Notes under the pieces: model-generated
What the model saw: only the letters and a program-made list of their open reading frames with translations
Database searches by the model: none
What the model was told of the DNA's origin: nothing
Translations under genes and position numbers: made by a program
Shown here: piece after piece, positions 10,374-21,314 of the stretch
Numbering within the stretch: position 1 is the stretch's first letter
Layout: every line of letters begins with the position of its first letter
From: an uncultured Nitrososphaeraceae archaeon
GTDB taxonomy: Archaea > Thermoproteota > Nitrososphaeria > Nitrososphaerales > Nitrososphaeraceae
Direction: 5' to 3'
Assembly (NCBI GenBank): GCA_963825865.1
Contig: CAWGVG010000021.1
Location: forward strand, 169,709-233,708
DNA length: 64,000 nucleotides

Positions 10374-11098
10374 TAATTGCTTAACAGAATATTATCAAAT
10401 TATTGTATTTTTAGGTTACTTGTTGTTTATTTCAACTTTTACTATTTTATGATTCATAAGGACCATTTATTGCTAATTAGCTAACTATCAGATTTTTGTA
10501 GTCAAATTTTTTAGCAATTCCTACGCCTGCATTCTATAACTATAGCGCTGTTACTACTGCTATCTTCGTCTTCTTTTCCGACGCATTGCAGGTTGTAGTT
10601 ATATGCATCTTTGTTGAATGCCTCTCATTGTAATTCTTCTTGTACACGTTCATTCGTTTAATTGCTGATTGAAGCTTGTGACAGAAACCATTTTTGATTA
10701 TATGTAGATTGGTCTGAACTAAGCTGACTCTGTGTTAGTTCAAGATGAGCCCTTTCATACTGCAAGTCTTTTATTCCATCCTTCGCATTGTGCATTTACT
10801 TGTGATGCTCTACTATCTAGAGCTATAAACACTAAAACTAACAATATTCCAACTATTGTGCTTGCTGTAGTCAAATACCCTAGCTGTTTTAAGCTGCCCT
10901 TTTTGATGTTATTTTAGCTGCAAAATTTTGTCAATAGCGTGTGTATACCATGCCACATAGAATTTCTTTGTTTATAAAATTTTTCATTGAAATCAACTAA
11001 AATTCAGTTTGTTTTAGAACAATTTTAAATGACTTTATATAATATTATTCATCCTTCGCTTAAGAGTATCGATGTGGTGCATTTTGTTACCTTAAATA

Positions 11099-12430
11099 GT
11101 GGGCTGTGAATAATTAGCCCTGGAAGCATTTCACACACCTTGTAAGGTCGGGTCTCCCTGTTTCTACAGCTGTCTTTGTCACCAGTAACATCACCATACT
11201 GATACACATTGAATGTAATGTAGCCCATTCTGTTCCTCTATGTTTTAACGAATCAAGGTTTAGCGAACCTTTTCCAATGGAGAATCCTTGTTCCGATAGT
11301 GTCCTTGCATCAAATTCCTTATCGAATTCTTCTGAGCCTGGGTCTACCCAGTAATTCTTGATAAAATTTCTGGCATAGAATCGATAACACAGTACCTTCC
11401 TTCTGGCCTTCTTCTCTTCTGGTGTGGAACCTTTAGATCTTCTTGTATTGAGCGGTATGAATGGTACTGCCTTCAGCCTTTTGACTATCTGTAGCCTAGT
11501 TTTATAGCCATCATATTCAGCATCTGCTAGGAATTTCCTGATTTTGATGAGAGGTAGATTCAGCAATACCATTTTGATAAACCATGAAACAGTTCTATTC
11601 TCTCCGTAACCTGCTTTTGTTATAGTAAGCATCACTGGAAGTCCAGAATCAGAATCAATCGCTACATGAACTTTGTATCCATAGACGTACTTTTCCCTGT
11701 GATGGTCCCATGTCCATGAAGCATCTCTATCTCTGCTCCTGTTACGCCTGCATTCCTTCTTATCGTGTCTAGGATTGTTACTCCATCTGCAGCCCTTGAA
11801 CCAAGCCCATATTATAGAACAGTCAAGGCTTACCTTCTCTCCTTTGATTATACCGAGGTTTATCAGCTGAATTACTACCTGTATAAATATTTCCAGCATC
11901 TTCTCCTGTCCAAGCATTCCAGCAAACTTGTAAAAGGTACTCCTGTCAGGCACCTTGTACTTTGTCTCTCTATGTACCGTCTTATTCAAGTTAAGTGTTA
12001 CGAGCCATTGATTATGAGCATTTAGAAAACGTATTAGATCCAGTATGCTCTCCATACTTTGTAGATACATCAGCAACAATGCCATGAATATAGAACTAGG
12101 ACGATATCCCTTGGGTCCTGACCTTTCCTTCCTGCCAGGGTCTACTATCTTGTCCACAAACGCGAAATCTGTTTTTGCAAAAATCAGTTCTGAAGGAAAT
12201 GAATCCTCTCTTACTGGTTTAGGTTGTTGTTTCCTATGCTTGCCGTCTTTATCTGCCTGTTGTTTGTATCTGCTATTCCCACAGGAGCCATTATCATCAT
12301 GGATAAGAGCTCTATCACAGCCATTGCTTCGGATCTATTATCACCAAAATCAATCCTTTGGGACGGTTCATAGCTTTACCGAATGAATCTGATTGACAAA
12401 ACGGTAAGATGCTAATTATTCACAGCCCTC
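11099..12430 (-). mobile_element. IS5/IS1182-like insertion sequence (1332 bp)
   Basis: 20-bp TIRs G(T/A)GGGCTGTGAATAATTAGC at 11099-11118 and 12411-12430; TAAATA duplicated at 11093-11098 and 12431-12436. Confidence 0.9.
11114..12157 (-). CDS. DDE transposase (DDE_Tnp_1-like); true start probably further upstream
   Basis: PDRSTFYKF, SLDCS, DRDASW, YGYKVHVAIDSDSGLP, FLADAEYD, R..SE. Confidence 0.9.
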   Translation of the reverse strand: MDKIVDPGRKERSGPKGYRPSSIFMALLLMYLQSMESILDLIRFLNAHNQWLVTLNLNKTVHRETKYKVPDRSTFYKFAGMLGQEKMLEIFIQVVIQLINLGIIKGEKVSLDCSIIWAWFKGCRWSNNPRHDKKECRRNRSRDRDASWTWDHHREKYVYGYKVHVAIDSDSGLPVMLTITKAGYGENRTVSWFIKMVLLNLPLIKIRKFLADAEYDGYKTRLQIVKRLKAVPFIPLNTRRSKGSTPEEKKARRKVLCYRFYARNFIKNYWVDPGSEEFDKEFDARTLSEQGFSIGKGSLNLDSLKHRGTEWATLHSMCISMVMLLVTKTAVETGRPDLTRCVKCFQG

Positions 12431-12729
12431 TAAATAAAATGAATATCAATATTTGTACAAGAATCGTGCTCTGATGGTGATAGTTGGAAATGAGTACAAT
12501 TTCTGATCTTCACAAAATGCTAAGAGAATACAAAGGCAGTAATCCTTATGGTTATTCGAATCTAAGAAAGAAATATACAAGACGTGATAGAGTTGTATTA
12601 AAATCAGGATATTTTCTTGGATAAGCTTATGGTAATTTGCGCAAATGTTGGCGTGGCTATAAAATTGCAAAGAATGATGGAGATGAAGAGAATATGATTT
12701 ATTATGCAAAAGGAATTCAAAAATATCAA

Positions 12730-13003
12730 GTACCGTCAAAAGTCCCACTAATTAGTTTTCCAATGAGTATTGTAATGCGAGAACTTCATATTCCTATACC
12801 TATTCCTGGAGTTCCCTGACCATTTGCTATTGCTGATACTGCTGTTCTCGAAAGCGCTATGTCAAAAACAGGATTCAGAAACATACATATTGAAAGACTT
12901 ACTGTAGCTTTTGAATTTGCTACAGTAGAAGATTATATTAGTTATACCAAAGCGACTGCTGCTCCAATTAAGAGCATATTAAATAAAGAACCTGTAAAGG
13001 TGA
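12730..13003 (+). pseudogene. class I SAM-dependent methyltransferase C-terminal fragment
   Basis: PGVP*PFAIADTAVLESAMSKTGFRNIHIERLTVAFEF resembles PGPFxLxD..L...AGF tails; in-frame stop. Confidence 0.5.
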
Positions 13004-13106
13004 GTCTTAGTATTCCAAAAGAGTAAATTGTTCTGCTCATACAGCGTAGAACACCTTCTTTTACTTATTTTTGTTGGCCTTTATTAAGACCATAATGTGA
13101 ATGTTA

Positions 13107-13681
13107 TTATAATGATATGAGTTCCTTATACCGAAAGCAACAGATAGTATGATCATTTACCATTCCAACAGCCTGCATCATAGAATAACAAATAGTAGAT
13201 CCTACAAAAATAAAACCTCTTTTCTTCAGATCATTGCTCAATACATCAGAAATTTGTGTCCTCGAAGGAACGTCGGTCCAGCTTTTCCAATGATTTTGTT
13301 TTGGTTTTCCATCAACGAAGCTCCACAGATATGAGTCGAAGCTCCCAAATTCTTTCTGTACCTATTATGAAAGCCCTTGCATTTTTTACAACGGATTGAA
13401 TTTTTAATCTATTTCTTATTATAGATGGATTTATAAGCAGTCTGTTGAAACTTTCCTTTATCATAATTGGCAATCTTCTGAACATCAAAATTGTCAAATG
13501 CTTTTCTGTATCCTTCTCTTTTTTTAAGTATTGTAGCCCAACTTAGACCTGCCTGTGCTGATTCTAGTAACAAGAATTCAAATAGCTTATTGTCGTTATG
13601 AACTGGAACAGCCCATTCATTATCATGATATTCAACATCAATTAGACTGCCATTCTCGGCCCATTTACAACGAACTTTCAT
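13107..13681 (-). CDS. tag: DNA-3-methyladenine glycosylase I (frameshifted)
   Basis: RCKWA, YHDNEW, LFEFLLLESAQAGLSWATILKKREGYRKAF, IIRNRLKI, GMVNDH...C across three frames. Confidence 0.9.
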
Positions 13682-13986
13682 TTGCTTATGATTTATAGAT
13701 CAATGATTCTGTGGATATATACTGATATATCTAATTTGTTTCTGTTTTTCTAAGTGTTTCATAAGATGAAATACGAGAACATTATGGACCGATGAAAGTG
13801 GAATAGCTGGATGTATTGGATTCAATTAAAGCAGCAAATTATATGAAATGACGTGAAGCTTTTTCAAAATATGACTCCGATAACATCTGCTAAGCAAGAA
13901 ACTTACTTTAGCCTACCATTAAGTACATAGATATCACATGTAATAATTAAAGCATGCTTTTTTGTTCTATGATTCAAATTATTAAT

Positions 13987-15014
13987 TGTTGGTACTTACA
14001 GTGATAGGTTACACTTTCGATTACCTACATAGGTTACACTTTCTTGCTTCTTCATTCTGCATACAGTCGAATTATTGAATCTTTGTATAAACATCTCAGA
14101 TGGAGTCATACCGTTTATTCCACCATGTTCTCTAGTTTCATTATATGCTTTGACAAACATATCATACCTTAGTTTTCCATCATCAATACTTGCTATATCT
14201 TCAATTTTCAGGAACTCATTCTTTACAATCTTGTTATATGCTTCTATCTTTCCTTGTAACTGTGGATAGGAATTTGGAATTGGTTTATCCTTTATATCAT
14301 TCCTATGCAGAAAGTGTTTGAATATTTTAGATGTAAACTGCTTACCGTTGTCATGCATAGTCTTTTTGGGCTTTCCGTTATCCATAATCCACTCCTCTAG
14401 TACATTCAAAACATCAATGCTCCTCTTTCTTTCAGACCACTTGCTAGCAACTTTTCTTGAACAGTCATCTATACAGTTTATCATGTAATTTCGTGTGTTG
14501 GAATAACGCAGATAAAAAGGTCCAAGAATATCCATTTGTACCATATCATTTGGATGTCTCATTTCAAATCTCTTGTACTTTCTATTATTCTTTATCTTAC
14601 ACTTGAGGATGTTGAGATCATGTTTCCTTAATGTCTTGTATATGGTTCTGCTACTCAATGATATTCCGATTCTCTTTAGTCTGAACCTGATCCTGTTACA
14701 GCCAAATCTCTTTAGCCGCAAATCTAGTATTGCTTCTTCCATCTTCTTGGTTGTCTTGTACTTGATATTATGAGGTGTCCTAGACAGGTCAGCGAGACCT
14801 TCTATTCCTTGTATTTTATATCTATTCTTCCACTTGTAGTACGTCTTTCTGGATACACCATATTTCCTACAAATACTATTTACGGTGTTACCAGTCCATT
14901 CATATTCATGAATGAGATTGAATTTTGTTCTAATTTCTATAGATATCCACTTCCTAGCAGAAGTGTTACCTATGTTTGTAGGTGATATTGTCACCTATCT
15001 CTGTAAGTACAACA
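13987..15014 (-). mobile_element. IS481-like insertion sequence, intact copy (1028 bp)
   Basis: TGT...ACA ends, subterminal ATAGGT(T/A/G)ACA repeats, ATTAAT duplicated at 13981-13986 and 15015-15020. Confidence 0.92.
13996..14994 (-). CDS. IS481-family transposase (HTH + rve integrase core)
   Basis: CRKYGVSRKTYYKWKNRY HTH; QMD, IDDCSR, HDNGKQF and QGKIE DDE motifs. Confidence 0.93.
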   Translation of the reverse strand: MTISPTNIGNTSARKWISIEIRTKFNLIHEYEWTGNTVNSICRKYGVSRKTYYKWKNRYKIQGIEGLADLSRTPHNIKYKTTKKMEEAILDLRLKRFGCNRIRFRLKRIGISLSSRTIYKTLRKHDLNILKCKIKNNRKYKRFEMRHPNDMVQMDILGPFYLRYSNTRNYMINCIDDCSRKVASKWSERKRSIDVLNVLEEWIMDNGKPKKTMHDNGKQFTSKIFKHFLHRNDIKDKPIPNSYPQLQGKIEAYNKIVKNEFLKIEDIASIDDGKLRYDMFVKAYNETREHGGINGMTPSEMFIQRFNNSTVCRMKKQESVTYVGNRKCNLSL

Positions 15015-15045
15015 ATTAATAACGAGTGATAAAATCGAGTGCACT

Positions 15046-15109
15046 CCTCTAGTGACAATGTAATTTTATACTTGCTTGTTTATTTTAAATTGTTGATAAA
15101 TTAATTGAT
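15046..15109 (+). repeat. attR-like direct repeat
   Basis: CCTCTAGTGACAATGTAATTTTATACTTGCTTGTTTATTTTAAATTGTTGATAAATTAATTGAT. Confidence 0.9.
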
Positions 15110-15187
15110 AAACAAGCTTTAATTTTCGATACCACGGTCTATATATGTTTTTTATAGAGTCGAAATTAATGATAAACAAGAATAGAG

Positions 15188-15799
15188 ATGTTTACTGGCA
15201 TCATCGAAGGAATTGGTGAAGTAAAATCAGCATCTAAATTTAAAGACAAGAACAAAGCAGCAAGTATGAGACTAAGCATATATCTTGGGAAGATCTATAA
15301 GGGTTTAAAGGTTGGCAATAGCGTAAGCATCAATGGGACTTGTCTTACAATTACAAAACTATGCAAACGAAGAACAGCGGATTTTGAGATTGTAGGAGAA
15401 ACTATCAAGCGCACCTGCCTAGGTTTAGTAAGACCAGGCGATAAAGTCAATATTGAGAGAAGTTTACGAGTGGGCGAGAGGTTAGAAGGGCATATCGTTC
15501 TTGGTCATGTAGATGCGACAGGGACAATAAAAGAGATTATTACATCCACAATAGAGACAAAAATATGGATAAAAATTGAGAAGAGAGAGGTCTTACGTTC
15601 AATTGTCTCCAAGGGATCAATAGCAATAGATGGAGTAAGTCTGACGGTTGTAGATATAAAAGATGATAAGGTTTCTATTTCTTTAATACCCCATACTTTA
15701 GCCAATACTACACTCGGATTGAAATCAAATGGCGACAAGGTTAATGTCGAGATAGACATAATTGGTAAATACATCATTAACAACTTACCAAAAAGTTAG
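15188..15799 (+). CDS. ribC: riboflavin synthase alpha chain (bacterial type)
   Basis: MFTGIIE N-terminus, SVSINGTCLT, GHIVLGHVD, KGSIAIDGVSLT. Confidence 0.96.
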   Translation: MFTGIIEGIGEVKSASKFKDKNKAASMRLSIYLGKIYKGLKVGNSVSINGTCLTITKLCKRRTADFEIVGETIKRTCLGLVRPGDKVNIERSLRVGERLEGHIVLGHVDATGTIKEIITSTIETKIWIKIEKREVLRSIVSKGSIAIDGVSLTVVDIKDDKVSISLIPHTLANTTLGLKSNGDKVNVEIDIIGKYIINNLPKS

Positions 15800-15854
15800 T
15801 AATTACTCGAATTTTAGTAAACTATATAATGAATTTCTGTTGCAAACTACTTAT

Positions 15855-16539
15855 TTGTCTCAAATTGAAGAAGCAATAGCCGCGTTACGAGACGGTAAAT
15901 TCGTTCTTGTCCATGATGATAAAGGTCGTGAAGATGAGGTTGATATGGTAATTGCTGCAGAACATGTTAGACCACAGCATATTGCAACAATGAGAAACGA
16001 TGCAGGAGGATTACTTTGTCTAGCTATTGCAAATGAAATTACAGTAAAATTGGGTCTAGTATATATGCACGACATAATACAGAGCCTATCAAACATCAAT
16101 CCAATATTTTCGAAATTAACTAGTGGCAAATCACCATATGGCGACAAACCATCTTTTTCAATTTCTGTAAACCATCGCGATACATATACTGGAATAACAG
16201 ATGTAGATAGAGCGTTGACAATTTTTAAAATGGCAGAAGTATGTAAGGAAATTGACTCCAGCGGAATAGATGAATTTGCAAAGGATTTCCGAGCACCAGG
16301 CCATATCCCAATTTTAATTGCATCAAAAGGCCTTCTTCAAGAGAGAATGGGACATACTGAACTTTGTATATATCTGACTCAGCTGAGCTAGATTGATTCC
16401 TGCAGCAGCGATTTGTGAAATGCTGGATTCTACTACGCACAGAGCATTGTCAGAGAGCCAGGCAAAAAAATATGCAGACAAAGCTGGCATTCCATTAATA
16501 GAAGCAAGCCAGATAAAGACGTATACCAAGGCGGCTTGA
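15855..16539 (+). CDS. ribB: 3,4-dihydroxy-2-butanone 4-phosphate synthase (frameshift near 16388)
   Basis: DDKGREDEVD, GLLCLA, TGITDVDRA, PGHI, RMGHTE; AICEMLD in shifted frame. Confidence 0.93.
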
Positions 16540-16546
16540 TTGATAA

Positions 16547-17012
16547 TTGAATAAAATCAAGATAGCAATAGTAGTCTCCGAGTTTAACAGTAGCATTACT
16601 TTTCAAATGTTGGATAAAGCAAAAAACCAGGCCCAAAAAGTCAAAGCAGATATCAAATATGTATGCTATGTACCAGGTTCATTTGATATGCCATTGGTAA
16701 TTGAAGAACTTTTGAAAAAGAAGGATGTAGACGCTGCAGTAACATTGGGCGCGGTAATCAAAGGTGAAACATGTCATGATGACATTGTTGCAGAAAATGC
16801 TGCTAGGCTGATTGCGGATCTTTCTCTGAAACATGGCAAGCCAGTCGCACTTGGAATTACTGGTCCAAATATGACTATGGAACAAGCAAGAGATAGGATC
16901 ACTTTTGTGCCGCTGCGTGCAGTAAATGGCAGCGGTTAATATGGCAATTAGAATTAAAAAATTAAAAAAAGAAAAACCGATCTCAGGAAGGACAGTGACA
17001 ATAATAGATTGA
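16547..17012 (+). CDS. ribH: 6,7-dimethyl-8-ribityllumazine synthase (frameshift near 16925)
   Basis: IAIVVSEFN, VPGSFDMP, LGAVIKGETCH, KPVALGI. Confidence 0.95.
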
Positions 17013-17788
17013 CAATACAAATCACAATTATCAGAATTGAAGGATATGGCCCATGGACGCTTAGACTGGGTAGCGATAGAGAAGCGCAGCTGCAAATGCT
17101 GCAGGCAAGGATCTATTATGATATACAACGGTTGTTTTCAGAAAAAGAATGTCTTGTATATTCAAACCGATTTGATGAGTATTTTGCAATAACTAACGGT
17201 CTTTCAGTCCAAGACCATATAGTCATCCAGAAAGAGCTTGCAAATCTATACAAGGACCTCGAAATATCAATGACAATTGGAAAGGGCATAACACCGTTTG
17301 AAGCCAATTTGAATGCTTACAATGCAAGGAAAGCAAAACAGCTTGATAGAAAAAGGAATTTTTTTGCAAAAACAATATCATCCTCTATATCTTCAAATTC
17401 AATATCCTCTCAGGAATTTGTCCAAATTATGCACATTGACATTGATGATTCTACGAAAGTTAGTTCCAAATTATCACCATATGAAATTACGTCTCTAGTA
17501 ATCAAGATCTATTCTAGATTGTCAGAAGAATTTCTTGGAAAAGGTTCGCTAACATTTTTCATTGGCGGAGACAATTTCATGGTTATATCAAACGGAACTA
17601 CAAAAGAGGATGCAGAGGAGATTATCAAGATAGTTACCACAGCTATTAATATTAAATTAAATTGTGGAATCGGTATTGGAAGAACTGGAAGAAAAGCCGC
17701 TCAGGCTGCAACCAAAGCACTTGATACCATCCGGGATTTAAGAGATGAAGGGAAAATTCAGTCAGTTTATGAAATGAAATGTCTCTAG
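17009..17788 (+). CDS. gch3: GTP cyclohydrolase IIa (III)
   Basis: YGPWTLRLGSDREAQLQMLQA, RFDEY, HIDID, FIGGDNFM. Confidence 0.93.
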   Translation: MTIQITIIRIEGYGPWTLRLGSDREAQLQMLQARIYYDIQRLFSEKECLVYSNRFDEYFAITNGLSVQDHIVIQKELANLYKDLEISMTIGKGITPFEANLNAYNARKAKQLDRKRNFFAKTISSSISSNSISSQEFVQIMHIDIDDSTKVSSKLSPYEITSLVIKIYSRLSEEFLGKGSLTFFIGGDNFMVISNGTTKEDAEEIIKIVTTAINIKLNCGIGIGRTGRKAAQAATKALDTIRDLRDEGKIQSVYEMKCL

Positions 17789-19066
17789 TAATCAAGAATG
17801 CAAGCCTATTACTTGGAAAAGATTTAACCTTTGTTAACTCTGGGTTTATTGAAATTGGAAAAAATGGAATAATAAAGAAAGCAGGATCTGGAAGTCATTA
17901 TAATAATATAGATGAAAATAATAGTGATAATGTAATAGATGCAGAAGGATTTCTAATAATTCCTGGATTCATCAATGCTCATACGCATGTAGGAGATTCA
18001 ATTGGAAAAGATATCGCAGTTGATTCCGGACTTGAGGCAAGAGTCCACCCTGTTTTTGGAGCAAAAAAGAAGATTTTACAAAAAAGTAAACCAGATCACC
18101 TCAAGATATTCATGAGAAGTTCTGCGATATCTATGATGAAAAAAGGGATTGTTGCTTTTGCAGATTTTAGAGAAGGTGGTCCTGAGGGTGTAAAACTATT
18201 GAAGGATGCAATTTCCGATCTACCTATCAAGTGCATGATATTTGGTCGAGTTGAATATTATCTTGATCCCTCAAAAAAAGGAAGAGGAAGAAGAAGTAAT
18301 ATAGGAGAAATGAAAAATGGCAGAAAACTTCCGCCATACGCATTACAAATGGCTTCGGATGTTTTGAAAATTGCTGATGGATTGGGAATTAGCAGTGCAA
18401 ATGAAAATACTACTGAATCACTTCAACAGTATCATAAATTATTGCATGAGAACAATAAGAATAAAACAAACAAGGAATTGCTAATAGCAATTCATGCCGC
18501 TGAGTCAAAAAATACTAATGAGTTTTCAAAATTAAAAACAGGTAAAACTGAAGTAGATATAATAATGCACTATTTGAAACCAGACATTATTGTTCATATG
18601 ACCAATGCAACTGACAACGATATTTCCATGGTGGCAGAAAAAAGAACTGCAGTAATAGTCTGTCCAAGAGCAAATGGAATACTTGGTGCTGGTATTCCAA
18701 AAGTTGCAAAAATGTTAAAACGTGGATGTACTATTGGGATAGGAACAGATAATGTGATGTTGAATTCTCCTGACATTTTCCGGGAATTGGACTATCTGTG
18801 GAAAGTATCAAGGGCAACAGAACCAGAATTGATTGATGCTAAAAACATACTAAAGATGGCAACAGTAAATGCGGCGAAAATTCTTAGGCTGAATTCCGGG
18901 CTGTATAGAAGCTGGACGGTCAGCTGACCTGCTATTTATAGATAAAAACCACATTGATTTGTACCCGATCCATAATCCCTATGCTTCAGTAGTTCAAAGA
19001 GCAAACCAAGATTCAATCAGAGCTGTGATGATCAATGGAGAATTCATAGATGAAGCATTACTCTGA
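17779..19066 (+). CDS. metal-dependent amidohydrolase, deaminase-like (frameshift near 18900)
   Basis: PGFINAHTH, IHAAES, VHM, CPRAN, GTDN; overlaps both neighbours in the rib operon. Confidence 0.9.
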
Positions 19067-19718
19067 TTTGCGAGTTACAATTAATACAGCAATGACAATT
19101 GACGGCAAAATTGTGACTATCCATGGAGACTCTGCAATTTCTTCAAAACAGGATCTAAAAAGGATTCATAAATTGCGATCCTCGGTTGATGCAATTATTG
19201 TTGGAATATCGACTGTCATTGCAGATAATCCAAGGCTCACTGTAAGACTAGTTAAAAAGAAAAGAAAAGAAGATCCTGCCAGAATCATAATAGACAGCAC
19301 AGGCAGAATACCACTTAGTTCGAAGCTTTTGCAAACTGCATATAAGATCAAAACGATAGTAGCAGTAACAAAACGTGCACCGGATTATAAAATTCGCGAA
19401 ATCAGGAATACTGGTGCAACAGTAATTATCGCAGGAACAAAAATAGTTGATCTGAAAGAATTATTTTTGAATCTGAAAGAGATTGGAGTTAGAAAAATTC
19501 TCGTTGAAGGTGGTGGAGAGTTGAATTGGTCTCTTCTTAGATTAGGAATTGTGGACGAATTAATTGTAACAATCGCACCAAGAATAGTAGGTGGTAGAAC
19601 GGCAGCTACATTAGTAGAAGGTGAGGGATATACAAAAATTTCAAAAGGCATAAAAATGAAGTTAAAGAACGTGTTGAGGCAAAATGATGGTGAGATCGTT
19701 TTGTATTACAAAATCTAG
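19050..19718 (+). CDS. arfC: 2,5-diamino-6-ribosylamino-4(3H)-pyrimidinone 5'-phosphate reductase (stand-alone RibD-C/Rib7 type)
   Basis: AMTIDGKI, HKLRSSVDAIIVG, DNPRLTVR, ILVEGGG; no deaminase domain. Confidence 0.9.
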   Translation: MKHYSDLRVTINTAMTIDGKIVTIHGDSAISSKQDLKRIHKLRSSVDAIIVGISTVIADNPRLTVRLVKKKRKEDPARIIIDSTGRIPLSSKLLQTAYKIKTIVAVTKRAPDYKIREIRNTGATVIIAGTKIVDLKELFLNLKEIGVRKILVEGGGELNWSLLRLGIVDELIVTIAPRIVGGRTAATLVEGEGYTKISKGIKMKLKNVLRQNDGEIVLYYKI

Positions 19719-19982
19719 TCCTGTAGAATAGATTTTAAGTATGGGATCCTATCAAACACCCATATACTAACCAATGGTATTATTATTATTACTTGACAAG
19801 AGGAAGAAAATGAAAAGCGATGGCAGATTACTACAGAACCAGAAGATTCAGATTGGATGTACCAAATATCTGTTAAGGAGTATAAAAGAATTGATTGTAG
19901 TGATGACATAAGATTAGAAGTCATCAGAAATAAGAGCAATAAAATTCCTGTAATGAATATAGTAACACTGCCAGGTAAATGA

Positions 19983-20955
19983 TCAAGAGTTCCCCGTAAT
20001 CCCCTGCGCAACAAGTATTGAATAACAACCAAGACCGCACTCTTCACAAATTGGTTTTAACGCTTTACTGTCTGCACTTCCTATACAACATGGCTCGCTT
20101 TACTCTTCCCATATGATCTAGTGAAAGTATGGCCCATGAAGGACATTGTATTGGTGTTGTACCAACTCCTCCCCAATTGCCTTTCATCAACGATAATTGC
20201 TTCTCGCTATTGATTACAAAATTTGGATATTTCTTTCTTAAAGAAACAAGATTATCAACCACTTCATTACGCCCTTTCCCAAATGGTATCCATAATGGGT
20301 CACCTTTTATAAATGGTGTATGGAACTGAAATCCTATTTTGTTCACATGTCCTTTCCATTCTTCTACTAAATCTTCAATTGTATTATAATTTAAAGAATT
20401 AATTGTCATTGTAATCCAGATATCTTTCCAAGCAGGTTTGCCATGACGATCTGGACCTTTTGTATACTCGAAAATATTTTGCTTAGTTTTTGCATATGAA
20501 CCTTCTCCTCTGATGCTATCATGTACTATTTCTGTACCATCTAAGGATATCCAGTAAAAATATAGATTTTCAAATCGGTTTAAAGGATATGTTCCATTTG
20601 TAACAACACATACTCTTCTGGGCATTTCTTCGCAGAAAACTTGAATTATGTCTGGCCGCATTGTTGGTTCGCCACCCACCAAAGTTACGATATAGATCTG
20701 CTGTTTTTTGAAAGTCTTTTTAATAATTTCTCTCCATCCTTCTGCATCTAGATCTTTTTCTTCATTTTTTCTGTTCAACCACCAATAACAGTGAGTGCAA
20801 TGTAAGTTGCAGACATTGTTAACATCTACAGATCCATATAGCGCTGGTTTTGCGTGTAAGAGTTTGATGCTAGTATATTTTTTAAATATACTAACAAAAA
20901 AAGGCATTTCGCGAATAAGATCCGTTATACCCCTACCGTAAACTAAGTCTGCCAT
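19983..20955 (-). CDS. radical SAM protein with Cys-rich (twitch/SPASM-like) C-terminus (frameshift near 20095)
   Basis: CNLHCTHC, GGEP, TNG, SLDG..HD..RG; shifted tail PCCIG..ICEECGLGCY. Confidence 0.88.
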
Positions 20956-21314
20956 ATATAATAATGCTGTAAAACTTCTGGAGTAAATAAGTTTATAGAG
21001 GCTGCCACTTTAGGTATTTTTGTTATGTCATTCTACTATTATGGGTTATTAATCTCTTACTCATAAAAGACGTTAGTAGAGAATTTATGCAAAGTGGTAG
21101 TATAATTTGACTCAATATAATGTGCGTAGTAGGTAAATCGGAAAAGTGTATCCAAAATAAACATCATTTATGTGAATGCGATACAATAAGTTATTAATGG
21201 TTCAAAAACAACAAAAATTTGTTCATGTCAATGTCATAACAATATTTATCAACTAATCCGAAGGATTCAGGCTGTAAATAGTCAGTAATAATTCATATAA
21301 TTATAATAGTATCA

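Larger units (their letters stand above)
9440..15109. mobile_element. decayed integrated element bounded by ~63-bp direct repeats (attL/attR-like)
   Basis: 9440-9502 matches 15046-15109 (one indel, one mismatch); integrase fragment starts 29 bp inside the left repeat. Confidence 0.82.
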
